37,253 nt of DNA from Promethearchaeota archaeon (GTDB taxonomy: Archaea > Asgardarchaeota > Lokiarchaeia > Sigyniarchaeales > SOKP01). Below the pieces are notes generated by a model. That model saw nothing but the letters and a program-made list of their open reading frames with translations. It made no database searches and had not been told where the DNA came from. Positions 1 through 10,121 of this stretch are shown one piece after another. The position numbers were made by a program, and so were the translations under genes. The stretch's first letter is position 1, and every line of letters starts with the position of its first letter. The stretch lies in the NCBI GenBank assembly GCA_016839765.1, contig JAEOTP010000085.1, forward strand, positions 1 to 37,253, given 5' to 3'.

Positions 1-438
1 GCAGAAGCAGGAACTCAAGGTTTTGGTGATTATGTTGATTTGATATTAAGATTGGATAATGTAATTAATTATCCTCTTGAATTTGTTGACATGCTCAATA
101 AAATTGATTTATCTGCTAAGAAGTTCAAGAATATTAAAACAAGATATGAAAAATTAATAAATCAAATCATGGAAATGGCAAATGTACTAAAGCAAACCTT
201 AAAAAATCTGAGAGATAATACGGATAAAGTTTATGAAAACACGGTTAAAATTCATGAGTTCGAGAATGATATTGATACAATTTACAGGCAATTTCTTGAC
301 TATCTTTATTCCACTTCAAATGAAGAATTAGACGTTAGACTATTATTAAGAATAAGAGATAGTATTGTATTACTAGAACAGTTAGCCGATCGTATACATG
401 ATATTGCGGATGTTATTCGCGTTTTACTTTATCAATAA
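1..438 (+). CDS. DUF47/PhoU-like phosphate transport regulator, 5'-partial (frame open from base 1)
   Basis: Frame 1 has no stop from position 1. It carries the PhoU/DUF47-type helical motifs 'IHEFENDIDTIYR' and 'LEQLADRIHDIAD'. Confidence 0.75.
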   Translation, partial: AEAGTQGFGDYVDLILRLDNVINYPLEFVDMLNKIDLSAKKFKNIKTRYEKLINQIMEMANVLKQTLKNLRDNTDKVYENTVKIHEFENDIDTIYRQFLDYLYSTSNEELDVRLLLRIRDSIVLLEQLADRIHDIADVIRVLLYQ

Positions 439-601
439 ATTCTTCTTATCCCATAAAATTGACAAGAAAGTCTTTTTGATTTTAAAAGTTATGTTAATTG
501 TTTTTCAGAAATATTATAGATCTTAAATTTAGAAAGATTTTTACGCTCTAATTTATTTCTTTATATTATTAGTTTTTAAATTAAAAATTTTAGGGAATTG
601 T

Positions 602-967
602 ATGAATGGTAAAAGGAAATTTTATCTACTGCTTGGATTATTTCAAATAATTTTAGTACTTATTGTATTTTTTTCTGTAAATGGATTAGTAACATTTGTG
701 GCCGCTCAAACCACTTCTTTTGATTACTATAATTCAGCAACTTCAGCTGTGTTGGCAGTCTCAGCAGCAGTATCTGTTGGAGCTTCTGTATTAGGGAGTG
801 CATTGGCAATAAAAACTGTAGGTACTGCAGCAATTTCATCACTTGCGGAACGAGAAGAATCTTTCTTTAAAGCATTCTTAGTAGTAGCGTTAGCGGAAGC
901 TTTAGCCGTTTATGGTTTAATCGTTGGTATCCTCTTATGGACAAAAATACCAACTCCACCAGCTTAA
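602..967 (+). CDS. atpK: A/V-type ATP synthase subunit K (c, proteolipid) with N-terminal hydrophobic leader
   Basis: Single hairpin with ion-binding Glu in 'ALAEALAVYGLIV'; first gene of the ATPase cluster. Confidence 0.92.
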   Translation: MNGKRKFYLLLGLFQIILVLIVFFSVNGLVTFVAAQTTSFDYYNSATSAVLAVSAAVSVGASVLGSALAIKTVGTAAISSLAEREESFFKAFLVVALAEALAVYGLIVGILLWTKIPTPPA

Positions 968-1028
968 TATAAAAATTTAGTTATTTTATAAATTAATATT
1001 ATCGAAATTTCATCCTTTGGTGTAGTTT

Positions 1029-2096
1029 ATGAGCACATTAATTCCATCTTATGTTTATACTTATATAAAAATAGATTTTTTAAAAAAATTGATTATAAAA
1101 GAAGAAAATTTATCAAGATTAAGAGAATTTAATAATATTCAAGATCTTTTTGATTTTATTCTTCCTTATTATCCAGAAATTAATGTTTCAGGATATACTA
1201 TAATAGAAATTGAGCAAGCTCTTTTTCATATTTATATAAAACTAATTGGAAAAATTATTCATTTCTCTCCGGAGAATATGAAATTCTTTTTAAGAGCTTT
1301 ACTTTTAAAGTTTGAAATTTCCAATATTAAACAGATCATTCTTGGGTCTATTATCGGGATGTCTAAATTAGAAAAGTCTAAGAGAATTAACTTTTTAGTA
1401 GAGGAATATTTAGAACATTCAAATTTTATCAACGATTTATTAGAAATCTCTAGTTTAGAGGAAATTCAATTATATATGAAGAGAACAAGATATAATAAGG
1501 CAATTCGAGAAGGCATACTTTATTTTAAAAATACGAATGAGATTTTTGTTTTAGAGGCGTTTTTAGATAAGTTATATTATGAAAATCTGATTTTAACTAA
1601 AAAAATATATAATAAAAAAGAAAGTGCCATGATATCACTGTTTATCGATTATTCCACTGAAGTATATAATTTAAGAATGATTTCACGTGCAATTATTAAT
1701 AATTTTGATAAAAATTTAATTTCTCAACTTTTAATTAACGAATACGTATTTTTGAATCAGAATAAACTTAAAACTTTATTAAACACTAAAAATATTGATG
1801 ATTTTTCTTCAAATTTAGAAAATTTTTTAAGGTATTCAAAAGGGTTAAAGGAATTATATATACCAATTATTTTAAATAAAAAACATTTAAGATGGTCTTT
1901 TGAAGGGCTTTACCAAAATTATTATTTTAAAAAATTTCAATTAATAATTGATGATTTTGATTATGCAACAATATATAAGATTTTAGAATTGATAATTAAA
2001 AAAGAAAAAGAAATTAAATTTAATATAATGCCAAATGTAATTAGAATAATTCATAAAAAATATGAGGGGTTAAAGCTTAACGATGAAAATTTTTGA
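1029..2096 (+). CDS. atpC: A/V-type ATP synthase subunit C (d/AC39 family)
   Basis: 355 aa; 'FEISNIKQII', 'LEAFLDKLYY' and 'EVYNLRMISRA' match the subunit C pattern; operon context. Confidence 0.85.
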   Translation: MSTLIPSYVYTYIKIDFLKKLIIKEENLSRLREFNNIQDLFDFILPYYPEINVSGYTIIEIEQALFHIYIKLIGKIIHFSPENMKFFLRALLLKFEISNIKQIILGSIIGMSKLEKSKRINFLVEEYLEHSNFINDLLEISSLEEIQLYMKRTRYNKAIREGILYFKNTNEIFVLEAFLDKLYYENLILTKKIYNKKESAMISLFIDYSTEVYNLRMISRAIINNFDKNLISQLLINEYVFLNQNKLKTLLNTKNIDDFSSNLENFLRYSKGLKELYIPIILNKKHLRWSFEGLYQNYYFKKFQLIIDDFDYATIYKILELIIKKEKEIKFNIMPNVIRIIHKKYEGLKLNDENF

Positions 2097-2400
2097 ATGG
2101 GCAAAAGAGGTAGAAAATATATATAAAGAACTAATAGAAAAATCGAAAAATCAAAATTTAAAAGAAATTGAAGAATTAAAAGTTGAAAATGAAAAACTAT
2201 TAGATGAATTCTTACTAAAAAAACAAAATTTAGTTAATATTGCATTAAACTCTATTAATAAAGAAGTTAACAAGGAAATTTCACAATTTGAAGAGAATTT
2301 GAAAAGCATTCTTAAAAAATTTGAACAGGATTATAATCAAAATAAAAAAAAAATAATAAATGAAATCATTAAAAGGTTAGGTTTGGATTTTAATGCCTGA
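2083..2400 (+). CDS. atpH: A/V-type ATP synthase subunit H (G-like peripheral stalk)
   Basis: 105 aa charged coiled coil overlapping both neighbours; the only subunit otherwise unaccounted for. Confidence 0.7.
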   Translation: MKIFEWAKEVENIYKELIEKSKNQNLKEIEELKVENEKLLDEFLLKKQNLVNIALNSINKEVNKEISQFEENLKSILKKFEQDYNQNKKKIINEIIKRLGLDFNA

Positions 2401-2713
2401 ACAAAAGATTTATGCGATTGGAGAAGAAGAAATTATACTGATGATGGGTTTATTGGGAATAGAGGGAACAGTACTTAATAAACCAGAAGAATTTTCAAAC
2501 GAATTTAATAGTTTAAAAAAAGATACTTCTATAGGAATGATAATTATAGCAATGGATTTATTAAATAATGATATTCAAAATCTAATAGAACATAAATTAA
2601 GTAAAGAAAAGCCGTTTATTTTTTATCTTCCCGATATTTTCAAATCAAAACTTGAAGATAGGACTGTTTTTCTTGAAGAAATTTTTAAATCTATAGGAAA
2701 AATTATAAAATAG
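2393..2713 (+). CDS. atpF: A/V-type ATP synthase subunit F
   Basis: 'KIYAIGEEEIILMMGLLGIEG' N-terminus, 'IGMIII', 'PFIFYLP' and C-terminal 'SIG'. Confidence 0.88.
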   Translation: MPEQKIYAIGEEEIILMMGLLGIEGTVLNKPEEFSNEFNSLKKDTSIGMIIIAMDLLNNDIQNLIEHKLSKEKPFIFYLPDIFKSKLEDRTVFLEEIFKSIGKIIK

Positions 2714-2727
2714 GCTGTTGGGGTAAG

Positions 2728-3450
2728 ATTTCAGAAGAGAAAAATATTAAAGAACAATTTGGTCAATTAGGACTCTATTTAGTTGATAGGGCAGAAGAAA
2801 AGATAAAAGAATTTAACCAACAAATGCTTTATCAAAAAACAGAAATTAAAAAAAATTATTTAAAAAGAGTAAATGAAAATTTTATTCGAATAAAAAACCA
2901 ATTTATAGAAGCTTATAATAACTTTTTAAATGAATCATTAACTTCTAACCTTATTCAAGCTAAAGAATCTATTTTAAATCTAAAAAATAACTTTTTAGAT
3001 GATTTAAAACATGAATTAATAAACCAATTAGAAGAAATTATTGCAAGAAATTACTCCAATTATTTAAATTTTTTAATTGAGAAAATAAAAAGCTCATTAG
3101 AAATTATTGATAAACCTCCAAAAGTAATTATTCTATTAAATCAAAAAGATTTTAGTGCAATTAATAGAGATCTCTCTAAAATTGAAAATCTTTTCAAAAA
3201 TAAAATAGAAATTATTTCTTCTAAAGAAGATTTTATTGGTGGGTTTAAAGTAATCTTGGAAGATGCTAAAATAAGTTATAACTATTCTATTGATAATTTA
3301 TTATTGAAGAACGTTATTGTTATCGAAGAACACCTTTCACAAATTTTTTCTGAAACTGAAATGGAAAAATTACAAATCGATTTTGAAAGATATATTAAAA
3401 ATAAAAAACAAGAAATAAAGGAGTATTTAAAAGAGTATGATCAAATCTAA
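2728..3450 (+). CDS. atpE: A/V-type ATP synthase subunit E (start uncertain; frame open from 2689, first ATG at 2824)
   Basis: N-terminal coiled coil plus globular 'IILLNQKD...FIGGFKV...YNYSID'. The codons upstream of 2824 continue a coiled-coil-like sequence (ISEEKNIKEQFGQLGLYLVDRAEEKIKEF). Confidence 0.85.
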   Translation: MSEEKNIKEQFGQLGLYLVDRAEEKIKEFNQQMLYQKTEIKKNYLKRVNENFIRIKNQFIEAYNNFLNESLTSNLIQAKESILNLKNNFLDDLKHELINQLEEIIARNYSNYLNFLIEKIKSSLEIIDKPPKVIILLNQKDFSAINRDLSKIENLFKNKIEIISSKEDFIGGFKVILEDAKISYNYSIDNLLLKNVIVIEEHLSQIFSETEMEKLQIDFERYIKNKKQEIKEYLKEYDQI

Positions 3451-5275
3451 TGAATCCTCTCAAATTGGATATATTACAGCAATTAATGGATCTTTAATCA
3501 TAGTGAAGGGTATAGAAAAGCAGGTCAAATTACATGATTTAATTATAGTTTCAGAACAAAATATTTTAGGAGAAATAATTCAGATTTATAATAGCTATGC
3601 AGTGGCACAATGCTATGAAAGTACTAATAATTTAAAATTAAATCAAGAGATTATTAGTCTTCAAGAACCTTTATCAATGGAATTAGCACCAGGACTCCTT
3701 ACAAGTGTATTTGATGGGATTCAGAGACCTTTAAATGTACTTGATAAAATATTAAATAGTGCTTTTTTACAACGTGGTATTGAAATACCATCTCTTTCTA
3801 GAACTAATAAATGGCATTTTATCCCCCATAAGAACGAAGGAGAAAAAGTTGAACCAGGAGATATAATTGGTTCAATTCAAGAAACACCTCTAATAGAACA
3901 TAGAATATTAGTTCCAATTAATTATTCAGGAGTTTTATCGTTTATTGTTGAAGAGGGGGATTATACTATAGAGAAGGAAATCTATCGATTGAAAAAAAAT
4001 GGGAAAGAATATTCTTTAACCATGTTACAAAAGTGGCCGATAACGAATAGTAGACCTTACAAAGAGAGAATTACATCGGAAGAACCTTTAATTACGGGAA
4101 TAAGGATAATTGATTTGCTCTTTCCTATAGTAAAAGGAGGAACAGTTGCAGTACCAGGAGGTTTTGGTACAGGTAAAACAGTTATTCAGCAATCTCTAGC
4201 AAAATGGTGTGATGCTGATATAATTATTTTTGTAGGATGTGGAGAACGTGGGAATGAAATTGCTGATGTTTTAAAAGAATTTTCAAAAATAATAGATCCT
4301 AAAAGTGGACGTCCCCTAATAGAAAGAATAGTAATTATAGCTAACACTTCAAATATGCCTGTTTCAGCTCGTGAGGCAAGTATCTTCTCAGGAGTTACTA
4401 TAGCCGAATATTATAGAGATATGGGTTACGATGTAGCAGTTCTAGCTGATAGTACTTCTAGATGGGCAGAATCTTTAAGAGAAATTTCAGGATTATTGGA
4501 AGAAATGCCTGCAGAGGAAGGTTATCCTGCATACTTACCTTCTAAGCTTTCAAGTTTTTATGAAAGGGCTGGAAAAGTAGAAATATTAGGAAATAATGAT
4601 TCAAAAAGAAAAAATTTAGGCTCATTAACAATAATTGGCTCAGTTTCTCCTCCTGCAGGTGATTTTAGTGAACCAGTAACAGCTACTACTAAAAGATTTG
4701 TTCAAGCATTCTGGGCATTAGATGCTAGTCTTGCTTATTCAAAACATTATCCTGCAATAAATTGGTTGAGTTCTTATTCAAATTATTTAGAATACGTAGC
4801 TCAATGGTGGTATGAAAGGGATATTCATTGGCCTGAAATTGATATTGACTGGTATCAATCTAGAGCTGAAATTAATGTAATTTTATCAAGGGAAAATGAA
4901 TTAAAAAATATTGTCCAATTAATTGGAGAAGAAAATTTACCTGATGACCAACAATTTGTAATTTTTATTGGAAAATTAATACGAGAAAGTTTTCTTATTC
5001 AAAATGCTTTTGATAATATTGATAACTTTACCAATGTTAATAAATTGTTAGGACACACAAAACTAATTCTACTTTTATATCATCAAGGACAAGAACTTCT
5101 AACTCAAGGATATTTGCTCGAAGATATTAAATCTCTTGAAGTTTTGAATGATATTCGAAGAATTAGCCATACAATCCCTAATGATCAATTTAATAAAATA
5201 GAAAAAATAAAAAATAAATTGCTTAAAGATATTCAATCCATAAAATTAATGTATAGTGGACGTAAAAAATTATGA
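3437..5275 (+). CDS. atpA: A/V-type ATP synthase catalytic subunit A
   Basis: Walker [55 protein letters not shown]. Confidence 0.98.
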   Translation: MIKSNESSQIGYITAINGSLIIVKGIEKQVKLHDLIIVSEQNILGEIIQIYNSYAVAQCYESTNNLKLNQEIISLQEPLSMELAPGLLTSVFDGIQRPLNVLDKILNSAFLQRGIEIPSLSRTNKWHFIPHKNEGEKVEPGDIIGSIQETPLIEHRILVPINYSGVLSFIVEEGDYTIEKEIYRLKKNGKEYSLTMLQKWPITNSRPYKERITSEEPLITGIRIIDLLFPIVKGGTVAVPGGFGTGKTVIQQSLAKWCDADIIIFVGCGERGNEIADVLKEFSKIIDPKSGRPLIERIVIIANTSNMPVSAREASIFSGVTIAEYYRDMGYDVAVLADSTSRWAESLREISGLLEEMPAEEGYPAYLPSKLSSFYERAGKVEILGNNDSKRKNLGSLTIIGSVSPPAGDFSEPVTATTKRFVQAFWALDASLAYSKHYPAINWLSSYSNYLEYVAQWWYERDIHWPEIDIDWYQSRAEINVILSRENELKNIVQLIGEENLPDDQQFVIFIGKLIRESFLIQNAFDNIDNFTNVNKLLGHTKLILLLYHQGQELLTQGYLLEDIKSLEVLNDIRRISHTIPNDQFNKIEKIKNKLLKDIQSIKLMYSGRKKL

Positions 5276-6660
5276 GTGTCATTTATAGAAATATACAAGA
5301 AATAGTCGGACCATTAATTTTTTTGACAAATGAACATGATGTACAATATGGGGAGATAGTTAAAATTGAATCTGAAGACGGTAAAACTAGATCGGGTCAA
5401 GTGGTAAAAATGAACGAGAAGGTAATAGTTATTGAGGTTTTTGAAACAACCAAAGGTTTATCCCGTGAAAATTCAAAAATTTTCTTTACTGAAGATACTT
5501 TTAAAGTGAGAATATCAGAAAATGATATGTTCGGAAGAACATTTAATTCTTTGGGAAGACCGTTTAACATTTATACAAAAAAGATTTTATCCACAGATGT
5601 AATTAGTGATCTCGAATTAGATATTTATGGAGCACCAATTAATCCCTATTCAAGAGAATATCCTTCAGAAGTTATCCAGACGGGGATCTCTGTGATAGAT
5701 GGACTTTTTACTTTGATTAGAGGCCAAAAATTACCCATATTTAGTGCGCAAGGACTACCACACAATAAATTGGCAGCACAAATAGTAACCCAAGCTAAAG
5801 TATTAACTGAAGAATCGTTTTTAATTATTTTTTGTGGCATTGGTATAATAGAAGATGAGGCAATAAATTTTTTAAAAGCTTTTAGAGAGAGTGGAAATAT
5901 TCAAAATATTATTTCATTTATAAATTTTGCATCTGATCCTATAATGGAAAGATTAATTATCCCTCGAGTAGCTTTAACAACAGCAGAATATTTTGCATTT
6001 GAAAAAGAAATGCATGTACTCGTAGTATTGATCGATATGACAAACTATGCTGAAGCATTAAGAGAATTAAGTTCTGCAAAAGAAGAGATTCCTAGTAGGA
6101 AGGGATATCCAGGATATCTATATTCTGATTTAGCCTCGATTTATGAAAGAACTGGTAAATTGAAAGGAAAAAAAGGATCAATTACTCAAATTCCTATTTT
6201 AACTATGCCTAATGATGATATTTCACATCCCATTCCCGATACAACTGGATATATAACCGAAGGACAGTTAGTTTTAAACCGCGATTTAAATAATAAAGGT
6301 ATTTATCCTCCATTTGAAGTATTAGCATCAATTTCAAGGCTCATGAAAGATGCGATTGGAAAAAACACAACTAGAGAAGACCATGCTGATCTTAGTTCTC
6401 AAATATTAGCATCTTATTCTGATGCTCTTGAGGCTAGAGACATACTCTCTGTTGTCGGAGAGGATGGTTTGAACTATGATCAAAAGGCATTATTGGATTT
6501 TGGTGACGATTTTGAAAAGAAGTTTTTAAATCAAGGAACCTCAGAAAACCGGAATTTTAATGACACATTTTCTATCGCATGGGAAGTTCTTTCAAATTTG
6601 TCAAGAAATCAATTATTTAGAATTCATCAGGAATTTATTGAAAATTATTATATTCCCTAG
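5272..6660 (+). CDS. atpB: A/V-type ATP synthase subunit B
   Basis: [42 protein letters not shown]-like '[15 protein letters not shown]', SRLM. Confidence 0.98.
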   Translation: MSVIYRNIQEIVGPLIFLTNEHDVQYGEIVKIESEDGKTRSGQVVKMNEKVIVIEVFETTKGLSRENSKIFFTEDTFKVRISENDMFGRTFNSLGRPFNIYTKKILSTDVISDLELDIYGAPINPYSREYPSEVIQTGISVIDGLFTLIRGQKLPIFSAQGLPHNKLAAQIVTQAKVLTEESFLIIFCGIGIIEDEAINFLKAFRESGNIQNIISFINFASDPIMERLIIPRVALTTAEYFAFEKEMHVLVVLIDMTNYAEALRELSSAKEEIPSRKGYPGYLYSDLASIYERTGKLKGKKGSITQIPILTMPNDDISHPIPDTTGYITEGQLVLNRDLNNKGIYPPFEVLASISRLMKDAIGKNTTREDHADLSSQILASYSDALEARDILSVVGEDGLNYDQKALLDFGDDFEKKFLNQGTSENRNFNDTFSIAWEVLSNLSRNQLFRIHQEFIENYYIP

Positions 6661-7335
6661 GTGTTGATATTAAGTTTCAGAGAAATAAAACCTACAAAAA
6701 CAAATTTAATCAACTTAAAGAAAAAGTTAATTTTTGCTAGAAAAGGAGAAAAATTTTTAGAATTTAAACGTGAACAATTAATTGGTTTAATTAAAACTAA
6801 TTGGATAGTTTACCAAAAGAAATTGGATGAATTTTTGAAATTATTTGGAAAAGCTTTAATTTATCTGAACGAAGCTTATAAAGAAATGGGTAAGAGAGAT
6901 TTGGTTTTGATTAGTAATTTAAGTAAAATCCAATATCGACCAACAGTTAATATCAAATATACTAAAAATATTGGGATCACTTTCCATAACATAGATTTCG
7001 ATTTAAATCGAACAGGAAGACTTCCTGCTTATTCGTTTGAAAATACCAGCCACTTCATTGATGAATTGATGCCTTTATTAGAAGAATTTTTTAAAAATAT
7101 GATTAATTTTGCGGAATTTGAAGATTTATTTTTCTTACTGGCTTTAAATTTTAAAAAAGTAAGCAGAAGGATCAATGGACTAAAAAATATGATTATTCCT
7201 ACTCTAATATTAGATATTAGAAAAATTAAGGGAATCTTAGAAGAATTGGATAGAGAAAATTTTGTTAGGCTAAAAAAAACAAAAGATTTAATAAAAAAAA
7301 AGGAAAATAAGCAATCTGGAGGAGTTATTCAGTGA
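6661..7335 (+). CDS. atpD: A/V-type ATP synthase subunit D
   Basis: 'KPTKTNL..LKKKL..ARKG..FLEFKR', 'RRINGL...IIP' and 'LEELDRENFVRLK'. Confidence 0.95.
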   Translation: MLILSFREIKPTKTNLINLKKKLIFARKGEKFLEFKREQLIGLIKTNWIVYQKKLDEFLKLFGKALIYLNEAYKEMGKRDLVLISNLSKIQYRPTVNIKYTKNIGITFHNIDFDLNRTGRLPAYSFENTSHFIDELMPLLEEFFKNMINFAEFEDLFFLLALNFKKVSRRINGLKNMIIPTLILDIRKIKGILEELDRENFVRLKKTKDLIKKKENKQSGGVIQ

Positions 7336-9653
7336 CAAAGAAAACTCAGATGAGTTTACTCAAAATAGGAATTAATAATTATTATAAGGACCGACTTTTA
7401 AATATCCTTTCATCAATAAATAATGTTCATATAAAAACAAAAGAAAAGGTTCTTTCAGGAAAAAAAATAGAAGAAAAAGATCCCTTCTTTGGTGTAATTA
7501 AAAATCTAAGGCAAGGTTTAGATTCATTATTTAATAAACTCAATATCAATGAAAATGAATTCCAAGAATTAAAAAAGATTGAATCTGATGAAAAAATTGA
7601 ATTTGTGGTAAAAGATATACCCGAATTGGTTAATAAGTCATTAGAAGAAATTAATTTTTATACAAATCGAATTAATGAATTGGATAGGTATGTCGCAAAT
7701 GCAAAAATTGAATTAGAAAATATGCAAATAATAAAATCTAGTTATACATTTTTGGAGCAATTTAATTTAACAAGAGAAAGTTTATCAGAATTCAAAAACT
7801 TAAATTTTAGAGTATTTATAACTTTTAAAAAGAACATTGAAAATTTCAAAACTCTTTTTGCATTTGATGCGTTTCCAAATGTCCACCAAACTGATGAGTT
7901 ATTCCCAAACGTATACAAATTAGAAGACCGTAATACTTTTTATGTAATTTATCCGAAAGATCTAGAAGAAAACTTAAGGGAAAGAATAAATCTTATTCAC
8001 GCAGAAGAGGTTCCAATTTTAAAAAAGTATTTAACTCCAGATACGATCAATTTTACACGAATAAATAATGAAATTGATATGATTAATACCACTTTATCGA
8101 AATATGAGAAAGAAAGAGCCCAACTAAGAGATTCAAATCTACACAAATTTGCTGCAATAAATGAAGTTGTGCAAAATATCGAAGAGTATCACTGGGCAGA
8201 ACAACAATTTGAGAAAATTTCTCCAGATCGCCTAATCTTAAAATTTTTTTTACCTTCATGGAAAAAGAAAGAAGTAGAACAACTCTTATTGAAAACTTTT
8301 AAAAATAAGATTATTATAAATATTCTTGATATTCCTAGATTTCATGAAATAAAAGAAATAGATCGAATAGAACCTAAATCTCTAGAGGAAGTAAAAAAAA
8401 CAGAGTATAGTTTAGCAGTAAATGAAGATGTAAAGCAAGAAGATTTAAGATCTAATACTCCTACAATTATGAAAAATTCTTGGTTTATCAGACCTTTCGA
8501 ATTGATTACAAAAATGTATGGTATACCATCCTATTCTGAAATTGATCCCACACCATTTATAGCGTTTACATTTCCCTTTATTTTTGGATTAATGTTTGGA
8601 GATATTGGTCATGGATTTTGTTTAATTATTGCAGGTATTTTTGGAGGTATTATTTTTAGAAAGAAAAATGTAGGTAAATTCAGCTGGATTATTTTGTATT
8701 GCGGAATAGGAGCAGCTTTAGGTGGATTATTTTATGGTGAATTTTTTGGATATGAAGAGTTTTTTGGCATTCCATTGCAGCCAATTATTATTCCTATTCC
8801 ATTGTTAGGTCCTGTAAATTTGTATAATCCCATTGAAAATATACAAAGCGTTTTTAAATTTGCTCTTTTCATCGGTGTGGTCCACATTAATCTGGGTTGG
8901 TTCCTTGAGCTTATTAATTACATAAGGCAATCAAAGAAATATTTAGCATTTTCGAATTCCTTTATGAAAATATGTTTGTTAACTGGAGGTACATACTTAA
9001 TATTTGAATATGGCATAAATCTTACAACTTGGTTATCGCCAACAACTTTTTTCTCACCTTATGGTCCTATTCCTTTACCACCTCCTATTTTATTAGTAAT
9101 TGTCCCAGGCATTCTATTAATAATATTAAAACCATTAGGTAAATTATTCCGGGTCTCTTATTTAAAAAGAGAATCATATGGCGCCTTAATGGGAGAAGGT
9201 ACTCTTGATACGTTTGAAACTGCTTTATCAGTCTTAAGCAATGTAGCTTCATATATCCGGTTGCTAGCTCTAGCTCTAGCTCATATAGCGTTAATGATAT
9301 CTATACAAGCACTATCAGGGTTAATTCAAGGTGAAGGAGTCTTATTTGAAATATTGACATTCTTAGGATTAATTTTAGGAAATGTTATTGTAATTTTATT
9401 GGAAGGGATATTAGTTTTTATCAACACAATTCGACTTCACTTCTATGAATTTTTCTTTAAATTTTACAAAGGTACAGGAACGGAATTTTTTCCTTTTTAT
9501 TTAGACAATAATTATTCAGCAATCACCTTTAGAGTTGATTTTGAAAAAGATTTGATTTCTGAGGAAATAGAAAAAGAATTCGAAACTAAAAAGGCAAAAG
9601 AAGAAGTAGATAAAGCAATAAGTTATATTAAAAGCAAATATTTTAAAAGTTAA
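7332..9653 (+). CDS. atpI: A/V-type ATP synthase subunit I (a)
   Basis: PT...N, YGIPSYSEIDPT, FGLMFGDIGHG, essential Arg in SYIRLLALALAH, RLHFYEFF. Confidence 0.97.
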   Translation: MTKKTQMSLLKIGINNYYKDRLLNILSSINNVHIKTKEKVLSGKKIEEKDPFFGVIKNLRQGLDSLFNKLNINENEFQELKKIESDEKIEFVVKDIPELVNKSLEEINFYTNRINELDRYVANAKIELENMQIIKSSYTFLEQFNLTRESLSEFKNLNFRVFITFKKNIENFKTLFAFDAFPNVHQTDELFPNVYKLEDRNTFYVIYPKDLEENLRERINLIHAEEVPILKKYLTPDTINFTRINNEIDMINTTLSKYEKERAQLRDSNLHKFAAINEVVQNIEEYHWAEQQFEKISPDRLILKFFLPSWKKKEVEQLLLKTFKNKIIINILDIPRFHEIKEIDRIEPKSLEEVKKTEYSLAVNEDVKQEDLRSNTPTIMKNSWFIRPFELITKMYGIPSYSEIDPTPFIAFTFPFIFGLMFGDIGHGFCLIIAGIFGGIIFRKKNVGKFSWIILYCGIGAALGGLFYGEFFGYEEFFGIPLQPIIIPIPLLGPVNLYNPIENIQSVFKFALFIGVVHINLGWFLELINYIRQSKKYLAFSNSFMKICLLTGGTYLIFEYGINLTTWLSPTTFFSPYGPIPLPPPILLVIVPGILLIILKPLGKLFRVSYLKRESYGALMGEGTLDTFETALSVLSNVASYIRLLALALAHIALMISIQALSGLIQGEGVLFEILTFLGLILGNVIVILLEGILVFINTIRLHFYEFFFKFYKGTGTEFFPFYLDNNYSAITFRVDFEKDLISEEIEKEFETKKAKEEVDKAISYIKSKYFKS

Positions 9654-9674
9654 CACGATTGGGAGAATTTTTGA

Positions 9675-10121
9675 ATGGGAAGTAAACCTGATGAAAAGAA
9701 ACCATTAAGGAAAAAATCAATAATTATTCGCCTTATTTTTATTATAGTATATTCAATATTTCTCTATTATCTATATCTCTTTTTAATTAACTTAAGGATT
9801 CAACATTTAATTATTATCTTAATTCTAATTTTCTTAATCTTGATTGTTATTGGTCCCCTTATCACGGGAATATCTAAAGCTATGTATAATCGCTTGTTTC
9901 AACGAAAGAAAAAAAGAATTGAAAAATCAGATTATCAGTTTTATAAAGAACAACTTAAAAGTACACGTCAAGATACTCAAATACAACCTTTAGATACTAA
10001 AGATATAAATTTGGACTTTAAATATAGAAAGCCTATCATCCGAAGATGTAATAATTGTAAAATTATCGTACCGAATTTTGTAAAAACGTGTCCAAATTGC
10101 AGAAAACCTATAATAGATTAA
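9675..10121 (+). CDS. Small membrane protein (2 TM) with C-terminal zinc ribbon
   Basis: Two hydrophobic helices and CNNC...CPNC; starts 21 bp after atpI. Confidence 0.7.
   Translation: MGSKPDEKKPLRKKSIIIRLIFIIVYSIFLYYLYLFLINLRIQHLIIILILIFLILIVIGPLITGISKAMYNRLFQRKKKRIEKSDYQFYKEQLKSTRQDTQIQPLDTKDINLDFKYRKPIIRRCNNCKIIVPNFVKTCPNCRKPIID

Noticed and set aside
6659-6672. Possible ATA start for atpD after AGGTG
   Set aside because: Canonical GTG/TTG starts are available in frame directly after the atpB stop, so a non-canonical start is not needed.
9265-9281. CTAGCT tandem repeat in atpI
   Set aside because: It simply encodes the conserved LALALA motif after the essential Arg.
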